From assembly GCF_030144855.1 (NCBI RefSeq), contig NW_026779444.1, positions 1 to 64,000 of the forward strand: a DNA stretch of 64,000 bases, in the 5' to 3' direction. A program made the position numbers and the translations under genes. The notes beneath the pieces are model-generated. The model did not search any database. It had not been told where the DNA came from and saw nothing but the letters and a program-made list of their open reading frames with translations. Origin of the DNA: Hypanus sabinus (taxonomy: Eukaryota). Within the stretch, counting starts at the first letter, position 1. Every line of letters begins with the position of its first letter. Shown here piece after piece: positions 23,490-36,195 of this stretch.

Positions 23490-25470
23490 ATAAGACCATA
23501 AGACATAGGAATAGAATTAGGCCATTCTGCCCATCAAGTCTGCTCCATCATTCAATCATGGTTGATTTTTTTTCCCCTCCTCAGCACCACTACCCATCCT
23601 TCTCCAGGTAATCTTTGATGTCGGGGATAATCAAGAACATATCAATCTCTGCCTTAAATACATCCAACAACCTGGTCACTGCAGCTGCCTGTGGTAATAA
23701 ATTCCACAAATTCAATACCTCTGGCTGAAGAAATTTCTCCACGACTCTGTTTTAGATGGACACTCGTCTATCCTGAGGCTGTGTCCTCTTGTCCTAGACT
23801 CCTCCACCAAGGGAAACAGCCTTTCCACATCTGCTCTGTATAGGCCTTTCAACGTTCGAAAGGTTTCAGTAAGATCCCCTTCATTCTTCTAAATTCCAGC
23901 GGGTACAGGCCCAGAGTCATCAAATGTTCCTCATATGATAACCCTTTCATTCCCGGAATCATCCCTGTGAACTGCCTCTGGACCCTCTCCAACGCTTGCA
24001 CATCTTTTCTTAGATAGGGAACCCAGAACTATTCACAATACTCAAGACGAAGCCTCACCAGTGCCTTATAAAGCCTCAGCATCACATCCTTGCTCTTGTA
24101 TTTTAGACCTCTTGAAATAAATCCTAACATTGTATTTTCCTTCCTCACCACCGACTCTACCTGCAAGTTAATCTTTAGGGTGTTCTGCACAACAACTTCC
24201 AAGTCCCTTTGCATCTCAGATTTTTGAATTTTCTCCCTGTTTAGAAAATAGACCACACATTTGTTTCTTCTACCATGACCATGCATTTTCCACCATTGTA
24301 TTTCATTTGCCACTTTCTTGCCAATTCACCTAATCTGTCTAAGTCCTTCTGCAGCCTACCTGCTTTCTCAACACTACCTGCCCCTCCACCAATCTTTGTA
24401 TCATCTGCAAATTTGGCAACACACCAACAATTCCATCATCTAAATCATTTATTTTGGATAGGAATAGGTAACATTTGATAGGTATATGGACAGGAAAGGA
24501 ATAGAGGGGTATGGGCTGAGTGAGGGTCAGTGCGACTAAGTGAGAGTAAGTGTTCAGTACAGACTACAAGGCCAAGGTGGCCTGTTTCCATGCTGTAATT
24601 GTTATATGGTTATATACAGCATTAAAACCAACACCTTCAGAACACCACTAGTCATTGGCAGCCAAACAATAAAAACACTTTTATTTCCACTCACTGCCTC
24701 TTACCAATCAGCCAATGTTTTAACCATGCCAGTAACTTTTCTGTAATACCATGGCTCTTAACTTGGTAAGCAGCCTCATGAGTGACACCTTGTCAAAGGC
24801 CTTCTGAAAATCTAAATATACAACATCTACTGCATCCCCTTTATCCATCCTACATCTAATCTCCTCAAAGAATTCCAACAGGTTTGTCAGGCAAGATTTT
24901 CCCTTAAGGAAACCATGCTGACTTTGTCCTAACTTGTCCCGTGTCACCAAGTACTCCATAAACTCATCCTTAACAATTGACTCCAAAATCTTCCCAACCA
25001 CTGAGCTGACAATAAATTGTCTATTGTTTCCTTTCTGCTGACTCCCTCCTTTCTTAAAGAGTGGAGTGACATTTGCAATTTTACAGTCTTCCGGAACCAT
25101 GCCAGAAATATCATTACAAATGCCTCTGCAATCTTTACCATTACCTTTCAGAACCCTTGAGTGCAGTTCTTCTGGTCCACGTGACTTATGTATCTTTAGG
25201 TCTCTCAGCTTTTTGAGCATCTTCTCCCTTGTCATAGTAATTGCACTCGCTTCTCTTCCCTCAGACTGTCCAACACCTGGCTCACTGCTGGTGCCTTCCA
25301 AAATACTCATTTAGTTCACCTGCCATCTCCTTATTATCTCTCTGGCCTCATTTTCTAGTGGTCCTGTATCTACTCTCATCTCTCTTTTATGTTTTGTGTA
25401 CTTGAAAACAGCTTTTTCTATCCACCTTGATATTGTTTACCATCTTGCTTTATATTTCATCTTTAACCCC
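23490..25470 (-). mobile_element. Degenerate CR1 ORF2 and 3' end
   Basis: Minus ORFs 24720..25310 (QHGFLKGKSCLTNLLEFFEE, YLDFQKAFD) and 24029..24313; reversed tail near 23490. Confidence 0.9.
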
Positions 25471-25719
25471 TGATGACTTTTTTTAGGTATTTAAAAGCTT
25501 CCCAATCCTCTATCTTCCTGCTCATTTTTGCTTTTTTGTATAAGATAACACTTAATTTATCCCAAAGGAAATTATTGTTGCAAGGTTGCTCAGTCAGAAA
25601 TATAAACTTTAACATACAAAATGTAAGCATTGGGATATTAAAAAATACAAAATGTGCATTAAAAGTTAACAGTGGAAAATACAGATGAACAATGAAACCA
25701 TATACTAATATAGTTAAGG

Positions 25720-26345
25720 AGCTGGAGTTGTAGAGACTTCGAGCCAGAGAGAGAAAGGATCTCCTGTGGCGTTCAGTGGTGCACCTCGGTGGAATCAGTC
25801 TGTTACTAAAGGTGCTCCTCTCTTTGTCCAGTGTGTCATGGAGGGGTGAGAGGGATTTCCATAATGCACTGTAGCTTCTGCATAATCCTCCTCTCAGACA
25901 GTCACCAGGGGATCCAGTTCCACCCCCAGAACAGAACCAGCCTTCCTGGCAAGCTTATCGATCTTCTAAGCATCAGCTGCTCTCACCCTGCTGCCCCAGC
26001 AACCACAATGCAGAGCAGAATGCTGGCCACCACTGAGTTGTAGAAGATCTGCAGCAGAGTACTGTAGACGTTGAATGACTGGAGCCTCTTCGGGAAGTAT
26101 AGTCAGCTCTGTCCCTTCTTGTACTGAGCTACTGTAGTTTTAGTCCAGTCCAGTTTATTGTCCATGTGAGTTCCCAGGAATCTGTAGTCTTGGACGACCT
26201 CTACACCTGTTCCCCTGATGGAGATGGGAATGCAGGGTGCTTTCACCTTCCTGAACTCCACCACCAACTCCTTTGTCTTGGTGATGTTGAGCTGCAGGTG
26301 ATCCAGCCTACACCACTCAACAAAGTTGTCCACCATTCCTCTGTA
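25720..26345 (-). mobile_element. Rex1/Babar-type LINE fragment
   Basis: EWCRLDHLQLNITKTKELVVEFRK...YRFLGTHMDNKLDW. Confidence 0.75.
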
Positions 26346-27254
26346 CTCAGCCTCTTGCCCTCTCTTTTGCTTTTACATTAGCTTTGACTTCCCTTGTCAA
26401 CCACAATTGTATTATTTTGCCGTTTGAGATTTGCTTTGTTTTTGGAATGCATCTACCCTGCACCTTCCTCATTTTTCCCAGAAACCCAAACCATTGTTGC
26501 TCTGCTGTCATCCCTGCCAGCATCTCCTTCAATTTACTTGGTTCTCATATCACTGTAATTTCCTTTACTCCAGTGAAATACTCCTACATCAGACTCAACT
26601 TTCTCCCTATCAAATTTCAAGTTGAACTCTCAATCATATTGTGAACACTGGTTCCTCAGGGTTCTTTTACCTTAAGCTCCCTAATCACCTCCAGTTCATT
26701 ACATAACGCTTTGAGTACTGTATTTGCTTTTCAGACAGGTGGGGCTCATCAGCCTTGGACGGCAGCCTGCTGAGGACAAGGAAAACTCTGATTTTATGCC
26801 TTCATTACTTGTGGCCATACCCACCCATGGGAAAGGCTTCGGGAGTAAACCCCAAGGAAGAAATCCATAGCCGAGGTCCTTAATGCAGTTACAACTTCAC
26901 TCTGGCAACCCCAGGGATGACACTGGTGCCAGGCTGTATCGGGTTTGCCCTTCCCTTGGACTCCATCAGTGACGTGGAGATGGGGAACCTGCTGCATGGG
27001 AAACAGCTGATTCTTCAAATCTTCCCACCCAGGCTTGCGCCCTGGAGAAGACACAGTCCACCAGAGGCACAAACCCATCATCCCCTGGGATTGACGGCTG
27101 CCTACTGTATTTGCTACCCTTTTTGATTCTGCACCACTAATGCACTGACACTCACCCTGATGGCTGCCTGCCCTTCCTGACAGTCTGACTGCAAGCAATC
27201 TTTGCTTTTTTACCATCCATCCTATCCTGAGTCCCTGAACTCCAGTTCCCATTC

Positions 27255-27720
27255 CCCTGCCAAATTAGTTTAAACTCTCCCCAACAGCTCTAACAAACCT
27301 GCCTATGAGAATATTGGTTTCCCTTGAGTTCAGGTGCAACCCGTCACTTTTAAACAGTGTCGTACCTCCCCCCAGAAGATTTCCCAATAATCCAAAACCA
27401 AAGTCCTGCCCCCTGCACCAGCTTCTCAGCCACACATTGATCTACCAAATCATCCCGTTTCTACCATCACTGCCGCGTGGCACAGGCAGCAATCCAGAGA
27501 TTACTACCCTGGAGGTCCTGCTTCTCAGCTTTCTACCGAGCTGTCTAAATTCTCTCTTTGCTTTTCTTTCCAATGTCATTGGTACCAATATGTATCAAAA
27601 TGTCTGGCTGCTGTCCCTCCCTCTACATAAAGCTGTGGACGCAATCCGTGATGCCCCTGACTCTGGCACCTGGGAGGCAACATAGCATCTGGGTGTCCTG
27701 TTCACATCCACAGAATCTTC
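27255..27720 (-). mobile_element. CR1 ORF1 (SGNH esterase) fragment
   Basis: Reverse complement of the ORF1 region seen at 58650-59070. Confidence 0.75.
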
Positions 27721-27729
27721 TGTTTGTTC

Positions 27730-28270
27730 CTCTGAATATCGGAAGCAGTTTTGGGCCCCTTATCTTAGAAAGGATGTGCTGAAACTGGAGAGGGTTCAAA
27801 GGAGGTTCATGAAAATGATTCCAGGATTGATTGACTTGTCACATTCAGAGTGTTTAATGTCTCTGGGCCTGTATTCACCAGAATTCATTAGAATGAGGAG
27901 TCACCTCATTGAAACCTATTGAATGGTGAAAGGCCTCGATAGAGTAGATGTGGAGAGGATATTTCCTCTGGTGGGAGATTCTAAGACCAGAGGACACAGC
28001 CTCAGAATAGAGGGGCATCCTTTTAGAATAGAGATGAGGGGGAATTTCTTTTGCCAGAGAGTGGTGAATCTGTGGAATCTGTTGCCATAGCAGCTATGGA
28101 GGCCGAGTCATTATGTACAGTTAAGACAGAGGTTGATAGATTCTTGATTGGTCATGAAGCGATACGAGGAGGAGATTGGGGCTGAGAGGAAAATGGGATT
28201 GGCCATGATGAAATGGTGGAGCTGATTCGATGGGCCAAATGGCCAAATTCTGTTCCTATATCTTACAATT
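27730..28270 (+). mobile_element. CR1 3' fragment
   Basis: C-terminus of ORF2 and the CR1 3'UTR gggccaaatggcc..ttctgttccta. Confidence 0.8.
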
Positions 28271-28544
28271 TTATGCTGACAGAGAGAATGTACAAACTCC
28301 TTAGAGACGGTGATGGTAATTGAACCTGGTTGTTTGTCCTGTAAAGAGTTGTGCTCTTCACTGCACTATGTGCCACTCCATTTCAACTGGCCCTTCTTCT
28401 CACTAATGACAGGGAGATACCACTCCTGCCACAGCAAGAGGTGAGGTCAACAGCTCATTGTTTCGATGTTACTGTCTGCATTGTCGCTTATTTCGAGTTC
28501 TCCAACTCGAGAGTCAGCAGACCCTCTCTCACCATTGAGATAGA

Positions 28545-29640
28545 GAGAGTCTTTCTTTCTTTTTAAATCTTTTTAATGATTTTCAAACAAAGCACAGTAA
28601 CAATAGAAATGCAGAGAGCTTGAGGATACACAGTTAATCAGGCAGTATATATAACTATAAACTATTGATAACACAAATATATTAAGCCTCCCAAACTCAT
28701 ACTGTATTTGCATAGTAAAAGAAAAAAAAACCAACAAAAAAGTAAAAAAAAACTAACTAACTTCAAACTGAACTAACCAAAGCTGGGCTATTATATTATA
28801 ACAGGTATAAACAGTAGTGTCAATAACTCCACTCCTCTATCCAAATATCTAAGGGTAATAAAAAAGGTTCGGGAAGGGTCAATTTAGCTCCTATGAAAAT
28901 GTTAAATAAATAGTCTCCAGGTTTCTTCAAATTTAACTGAAGGGTCAAAAATAACACTTCTGATTTTTTTCTAAATTTAAACAAGATATAGTTTGGAAAA
29001 ACCATTGGAATGTAGTTGGAGGATTAATCTCTTTCTTGTTCAATAGAATGGATCTTCTAGCCATTAATGTAACAAATGCAATCATCCAACGAGCTGAAGG
29101 GAATAAATAATTGTTATCCATCATTGGTAAGCCAAAAATTTAATACTCAAAACTGTTGAAATAATACCAAAAATATCTTTCCAGTATTTCTCCAAAAAAG
29201 GGCAAGACCAAAACATGTAGTCAAAGAGTCTATTTTGGAATGGCATCTGTCACAGATCGGATTAATGTGGCAGTGAAAATGAGCAAGTTTGTCCTTAGAC
29301 ATGTGGGCCCTATGCACCACCTTAAATTGTATCAATGCGTATTTGGCACATTTAGAGGAGGAGTTAACTAAATGTAAAATTTTCTCCCATTGCTCTGCAG
29401 GTAAGGAAAGTTGAAGTTCTTTTTCCCATTCATTCTTAATTTTATCTGATACACCTGGCTGTACAGAGATAGAGAGAGAGTCATGTCAGAGTAAGAGGGA
29501 ACAAAAAGATGGTTTGGATTCTATGTAGATTAAAAATTGCATGAGAATTTTTGAAAAAATTATTGAACTTAAATTGGGAAAAGTCACCAGGGGCAAAGTC
29601 CTAACGTAAATTGATTATGAAAGTATGCATCTATACCTTC
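28545..29640 (-). mobile_element. L1-clade LINE ORF2 3' end
   Basis: IQFKVVHRAHMSKDKL...CDRC...FW is a zf-RVT-like Cys motif; AT-rich, with poly(T) at the plus-strand start. Confidence 0.7.
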
Positions 29641-31824
29641 AGATTCATTGTTTGTAGAGGCAAAAAGAAATACCAGAGAACTTATGAAAAACTACACATA
29701 AGATGAGCTTTATTTGCCCCATGTACATTGAAATGTACAGTCCAATGCAACATTTGTGTTGCAGATGAGCTGGGGGCAGCCTGCAAGTGTTACCACAAGT
29801 GTTACCACATAGCAAGCCCACCAAGCCCACCATAACAACACTGAACACAACAGCAACCAAACGTCAACAGTGAAACAAGCCCCATTCCTCCCTTACACCC
29901 ACCCACCCACACACATGGACAGTTATCCAACCCCAGGCCTCCAGTCTCCAGTCTCAGCCCGACCTCAGTGGAAAAAGTCAATCCATATAATATAATATAA
30001 TTAAACTGTCCGTATAATGTTGTATACATCAATCAAACCTCCTCCCATTCTCCTACACTCCAGGGAGAATGTCCCCAAGCATTCAAACTTTCCCTGTGCA
30101 TAACGGACTGATTATTGCCGCAGGCAGGACGAGAAACAATGTGACAGATAGAGTGGTTCACAGGAAGGGTCTCAACTCGACCCAAAACACCAACTCTCCA
30201 TCTCCTTCCAAACCTCACCTTTCCACCTGTCTCCACAGATGCTGTCTGACCTGTTTTGATACGGCACGTATCAAAAATTCAATTCCTGCCACATTGGACA
30301 CCCACCAACACGATTACAGACAGAACCACTCCGGGAATACTTTACAGTGGGAGTGATGAGAGAGGCCTCCGTCGATCAGTGTTCATATATACACAGAAAG
30401 GTGCCATTAAAGGCGAGGTAACAACATGAATGATCTCACAACACCACCCCCCTCTCGCTCATGGACTGTTTGTCCCACTCCCATCAGCACCACACCAGGA
30501 CCACCAGACTCAAAAACAGTTACTTTGCCCAAGCAGCAAGTCTGATCAACCCCTCCCCTCTCCACACCCCCACCACCACCACTTCATCATTTCCTGACAG
30601 TCACCTTATGTACACACTCTCCTGTGCCTCATGTCACTTTATGGACACACAATTGATCTGTGTATAGAAACTATCTTATGTGTTTATACTTATCTTGTGT
30701 ATTTTTGTATTATTGTGTTCTTTATCTCAGTGTTTTTTCGAGTTGCTTCGAACCCCGAGTAACAACTATTTCATTCTCCTTTACACTTGTCTACTGGAAA
30801 TGATATGAAACAATTTGAATGTTGAATGTTGAATCCGGGGTTCCTGCAGTGTGTTTTGTTTCCAGCATCTGCAGTCTCCTGTGCCCCCGTGATGATGGTC
30901 ACACTGCCTTCGGTGAAACCCTGGACACTAACTCCGCCTGTGTCCAGTTATCTGCAGGACCTCTTCCTCCTGGTCAGTTCTCTCCCCTCCAGTCCCGTAC
31001 TTTATGGTCTCTTTCCCTTTGACCTCACCCACTAATTGCAATTGCCAGATCCATGTATCTTATCCATGTTCACTCTAGGAATTGGACCATAAGGTCACAA
31101 GATATAGGAGCAGAATTAGGCCATTCGGTCCATCGAGTCTGTTCCACCATTCCATTATGGCTGATTTAGTTTCCCCCTCAACCCCATTTTCCTGTCCTCT
31201 CTCCATAACCTTTGATACACTTCCTAATGAAGAAACTATCAGACTCCGTTTCAAATATACGCAGTGACTTGGCTTCCCACAGTCGTCTGTGGCGATGAAT
31301 TTCACAGAATCACGACTGTCTGGCTGAAGAATGTCTGATACCAGAGGGTGTGTGATTCAGCTGGGAGGGGGTAAGTTCAAAGGGGGTGTGGGGACAAATT
31401 TATCTTTACAGAGAGAGTGGTGGGTGTGCAGAACGCACTGCCGGGGTTGGGGGGGGGGGGGGTGGAGAGACAGATTCCGTAGAGGCGTTTAAGAGACTCT
31501 TGGACTGATGCATGAATTGTGGTTTGGGATATAGACTTGGTGTAGCAGAAACAGTCAGTTGGTTTAGTTGGTTCTCTCCAACTTCCTCACACCCATGCAC
31601 CTATCCAAACGTCTCTTAAAAGCCTCCAATGTATTTGCCTTCATCATCCTACCAGGGAGGGCATTCCAGACACCCATCACCCTCTGAGTAAAAACACTTA
31701 CTCCTCACGGCCCCCTTGAGCCTACCCCCCTTTCACCTTCAATGCCCTCTGTTATTAGACACTTCAACCCTCACATTAACCCTAATGTCGGCAGATCAAG
31801 CAGCATCTCGTGAAAAGAGCCCAG

Positions 31825-31860
31825 AGTCAACGTTTCGAGCCGAGACCCTTCTTCAGGATC
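31825..31860 (-). ncRNA. Minimal Penelope-type hammerhead ribozyme motif
   Basis: Minus strand gatc-CTGAAGA-A-GGG tctcgg CTC-GAAA-CGT-T-gact: core intact, palindromic ACGT stem III, weak stem I. Confidence 0.55.
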
Positions 31861-32949
31861 AAAATGAAAGGGACTCAGCTTGAAACATCGACTGTTCACT
31901 CCCCTCCTGCCCGACCTGCTGAGTGCCTCCAGCATTTTGTGTGTGTTGCTCTGGACTTGCAGAATCTGGTATTTGCAAATTAATGCAGGACTGTGCAAAA
32001 GTCTTTGGCACCAAGCTATATATATGTAAGTGCCTAAGACTTTTCCACAGCATCGTACTTGCATAAAATTTGCTTCCAGTAAACGCGAAGAGTTTGTAAC
32101 TACCGTCATGAGAAAGTGCACTGTGTTTGAAATGATTTCCTGCCAGCTACTAACTTCGACAGTGGCTGAGAATTTTTTTGAGGAAGTGAAGCAGCAAATC
32201 GAGCAGCTTCTGTATTTCAGCGAGAGAATGAAGAAAGAACTGAAGTGTGAGAGGACTCCACACTGAAGCGCTGGAAATGCTCTCTCTCCGGGTTTGTCTC
32301 TGCACCGTCCTGTTGTCCGTCTCAGTCCGGGGATACAGTAGGTGTTTTCCATTGTCCCCTGTCTCCCCGTTGTCTCTCTCCTAAAGGCTCGTTTTACTTT
32401 GTGGTGCAGCGCGATCTATTTGGACGTTGGTTCTGCCAGTGGAGGGTTGGCGTTGGGACCCTGTCCTTCCCTGAGTGCTGGGGTGGACTGCCTTCCGGTG
32501 ACGATGAACCCCAGTACTATTGGGAAGAGACGTCCAAGTTTGATCCCAGTTAAAGGCCGGGCACAATTCCAAGCCTGGGTGGTGATGAATTTGGAGCGAA
32601 GCTGTAGTGTGGTGGTTAGCGTGATGCTTTACATTCCCTGTGACCCAGGTTCAATTCTCGCCGCTGTCTGTACGTTCTTCAGTTCTCAATGCTATTTGCT
32701 TATTTTTATTGTTTTCACGATCTTTCCCCTTTGTACATTGGCTATTCGACGGCCTTCAGAATCAGAATCAAGCTTAATATCACCGACATATGTTGAGAAA
32801 CTTGTTGACTTTGTGGCGGCAGTACGATGCAATACCTAATAACAGAGAAAAACTGAATCACAGTAAGTGTATATATGTGTATGAAGTAGTTAAATAATAG
32901 CACCAGAACAGAAATAAAGAAGTAATGAGGTAGTTTTCAGGGTTCATTG

Positions 32950-33850
32950 TTCATTCAGAAATCGGATGGCAGAGGGAAGAAGCTGTTCCTGAATCGCTGA
33001 GTGAGTGTCTTCAGGCTCCTGTACCTCCTGCCTGGAGGGAGCAATGAGAACAGGGCATGTCCTGGGTGATGGGGGTCCTTAATGATGGATGCTGCCTTTC
33101 TGAGGCACCACTCCTCGAAGATGTGTTGGAAACTATGGAGGCTCGAGCCCATTATGGCGCCCAGTTACTTTTACAACTCTCTGCAGATTCCTTCCATCTT
33201 ATGCTGTAGCCCCCCACCCCCCATCCCCCATCCCAGGCGGTGATACAGCCAGTCAGAATGCTCCCCACCCTACGTCTGTAGAGATGGGCGAGTCTTTTAC
33301 GTGACATACCAAATCTCCTCAAACTCCTGTTGAAATATAACCGCTGTCGTACCTTCTTTGTAATTACATCGACATGTTGGGACCAGGTTCGGTCCTCCGA
33401 TGTTTTGAAACACCCTGGAATTTGAAACTGCTCACTCTCTCCACTTCTGATCCCTTGATGAGGATTGGTTTGTGTTCCCTCGTCTTACCCTTCTGAAGTC
33501 CACGGTCAGCTCTTTGGTCTTACTGACGTTGAGTGCAAGGTTGTTGCTGCGACACCACTCCACTAATCGGCATATCTCACTCCTGTACGCCCTCTCATCA
33601 CTACCCGAGATTCTACCAACAATGATTGTATTGTCGGCAAATTTATAGATGGTGTTTGAGCTATGCCTAGCCATACAGTCATGGGTGTAGAGAGAGTAGA
33701 GCAGTGGCTAAGCACAGATCCTTGAGGTGCACCAGTGTTGATTGTCAGTGAGATGGAGATGTTATTAGCAATCTGCACAGATTGTGGCATTCCAGTTAGG
33801 AATTCGAGGATCCAGTTGCAGAGGGAAGTACTGAGGCCCAGTTTCTGTAA
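32950..33850 (-). mobile_element. Rex1/Babar-type LINE RT fragment
   Basis: [42 protein letters not shown]. Confidence 0.8.
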
Positions 33851-36195
33851 CTAATCAATCAGGACTGTAGTAATGATGGGTTCTTTTGGGTTTCTTTGTT
33901 CTGTGGCTGCCTGTAAGGAGACAAATCACAAGGTTGTATAATCTATATATACATTGAACTCTGAACTCTGAACTCACTGTGACCTCATGGGTTTCCTCCA
34001 GGTGCTCTGGTTTTCTCCCACAATCTACTGGATGGTGGGTTAACTGGTCATTGTGAATTGTCCCGTGATTAGACTTGGGTTGTTGGGCATCACGGCTCAA
34101 AAGGCCGGAGGGGGCCTATTCTGCATTGTGTCTCAGTTAAGGAATATACTTGGGAGGGGAGCCAGCGGGTGGTGGTGTTCACATCCACCCGATACCCTGA
34201 TGTGGAGAGGTGGTGGCTGCTGGAATAGCAGGGCGAGTAACTGCGTTGCATGTTGTAGACGGCGCACACCGCGGCCACTGTGCGCTGGCGATGGAAGGAG
34301 GGAGTACTGACTGGGTGCTCAAGTGGTCACTGTTGTCCTGCGTTGTGTGATGTTGTAGTTGTACAAGATGTTGGTGAAGACATATTGAATACAGAGTTGG
34401 GATGTTATATTGACATTGAATAAGAATAACATAATAATTTATAATACTAAAGAACACAGTAGGTATTAGTACATTAGACAGCTTATATACGTGGATTGAT
34501 TGTATATACATAAAGTTCCATATGAATGACAACTTTACCATTTCCTGTCAGTCACCTGAAGTACAGACACTCCTGAGCCTGGAGTCACTTTATGGACATA
34601 AAGTCTATCTGTCAATCTATATATCAACCTATGTATAGAAACTATCATATGTACAGTATTTATATTTATTGTGTTATTATTGTGCTCTTTACTTTATTGT
34701 ATTTTTGTGCTGCATTGGATCCAGAGTAACAATGGTTTTGTTCTGCTTCACACTTGTGGCCATCTATTGAACACCAAAAGGATGCAGAGAACACTGGACG
34801 GTCCAGAACAGTACAGACCCTTCAGCTCTCAATGTTGCTCCAATCTTTTATCCTGCTCCAAGATCAATCTAACCCTTCCCTCCCACATAACCCTCCATTT
34901 CTCTTCCATCAGTGTGTCTATCTAAGTGTCCATAATGTCTCAGCCTCTACGACCACCAGGATGTTCTGCACACCCACCACACTCTGTCGAAAACTTACTC
35001 CCTATACTTTCTTCCAGTCACCTTAAAATTAGACCCTCCTATTAGCCAGTTCTGCTCTGGGAATGTAAGTAACTCTGTCTTGTTGGACATGGTCATAGTT
35101 TGACCCCCATCTCAACCTCCTAATGAAGCTGTGTTGTTTATAGAGTCATAGAGAAGTACAGCACTGAAACAGGCCCTTTGGCCCATCTAGGCCATGCCAA
35201 AACTAATTAATCTGCCTACTCCAATTGACCTGCACTGGGACCATAACCCTCCGTATTCTTTCAGTGTCCCTGTCCAAACTTCTCTTAAATGTTGAAATCG
35301 ATCTCTATGCACCATTTATACTGTCCCCTCATTCCAGTCTCACCACCCTCTGAGTTCCTCTTAAAATTTTCACTTCTCACCCTCTACCCGTGACCTCTGT
35401 TTATAGTCCCACTCATCCTCAGTGGAAAAAGCCTGCTTGCATTTACCCTGTCTGTAAAGGATGCAAGAACTCCAGGCGTGCGGTTAGATCGGGGGAAGCT
35501 AAACATTGATGTTTGCAAAACTGTCACAGATTCCACTGAAATGCATTGAAGTGAGAGGTTTCACTGTGTGATGGCATTGAGCGCTGGTTGTAGCCCTTTT
35601 AAAAGGCCATTCTGCCCATTGACCTCAGGCTGGCTCCATGCAAAAGCACAAACAGAAAAGATTTGGCAGATGCTGGAAATTCAGAGCCACATAAAATGCT
35701 GGAGAAACAGCAGGTCAGGCAGAATCTATGGAGGGGAATAAACTGTTGAGGTTTTGGGCCAAGACCTTTTGTCAGATTCCATACAGGCAACTGTGGGAAT
35801 TGAACCCAGGTCGCTGGCTCTGTAACAGCGTAACTCTAACTGCTGTACTACTGTAGCAACTCGAAATTTTAGGATTTATTATCCCTCTTCACCCCATTTT
35901 CCTGCCTTCTGCATGTAACCTTTGATGCTTTTAGGAGTCAAAAACCTATCAACCTCTGCATTAAGTACACCCAATGACAGCCTCCACAAACTTCTGTGGC
36001 AATAAATTCCACAGATTCAACGCCTTCTGGCTAAAGACATCCCTCTTCATCTCCATTCTAAAGGTACGTCCCTCTAAGCTGAAGCTGTGCCCTGTGGAGT
36101 AACACACAGGAAATGCTGGAGGAATTCAGCAGATCAGCCATCAACTACTGAGAGGAATGTACTGTCATCATTTTGGGCTGGAAAGGACGGGGACA

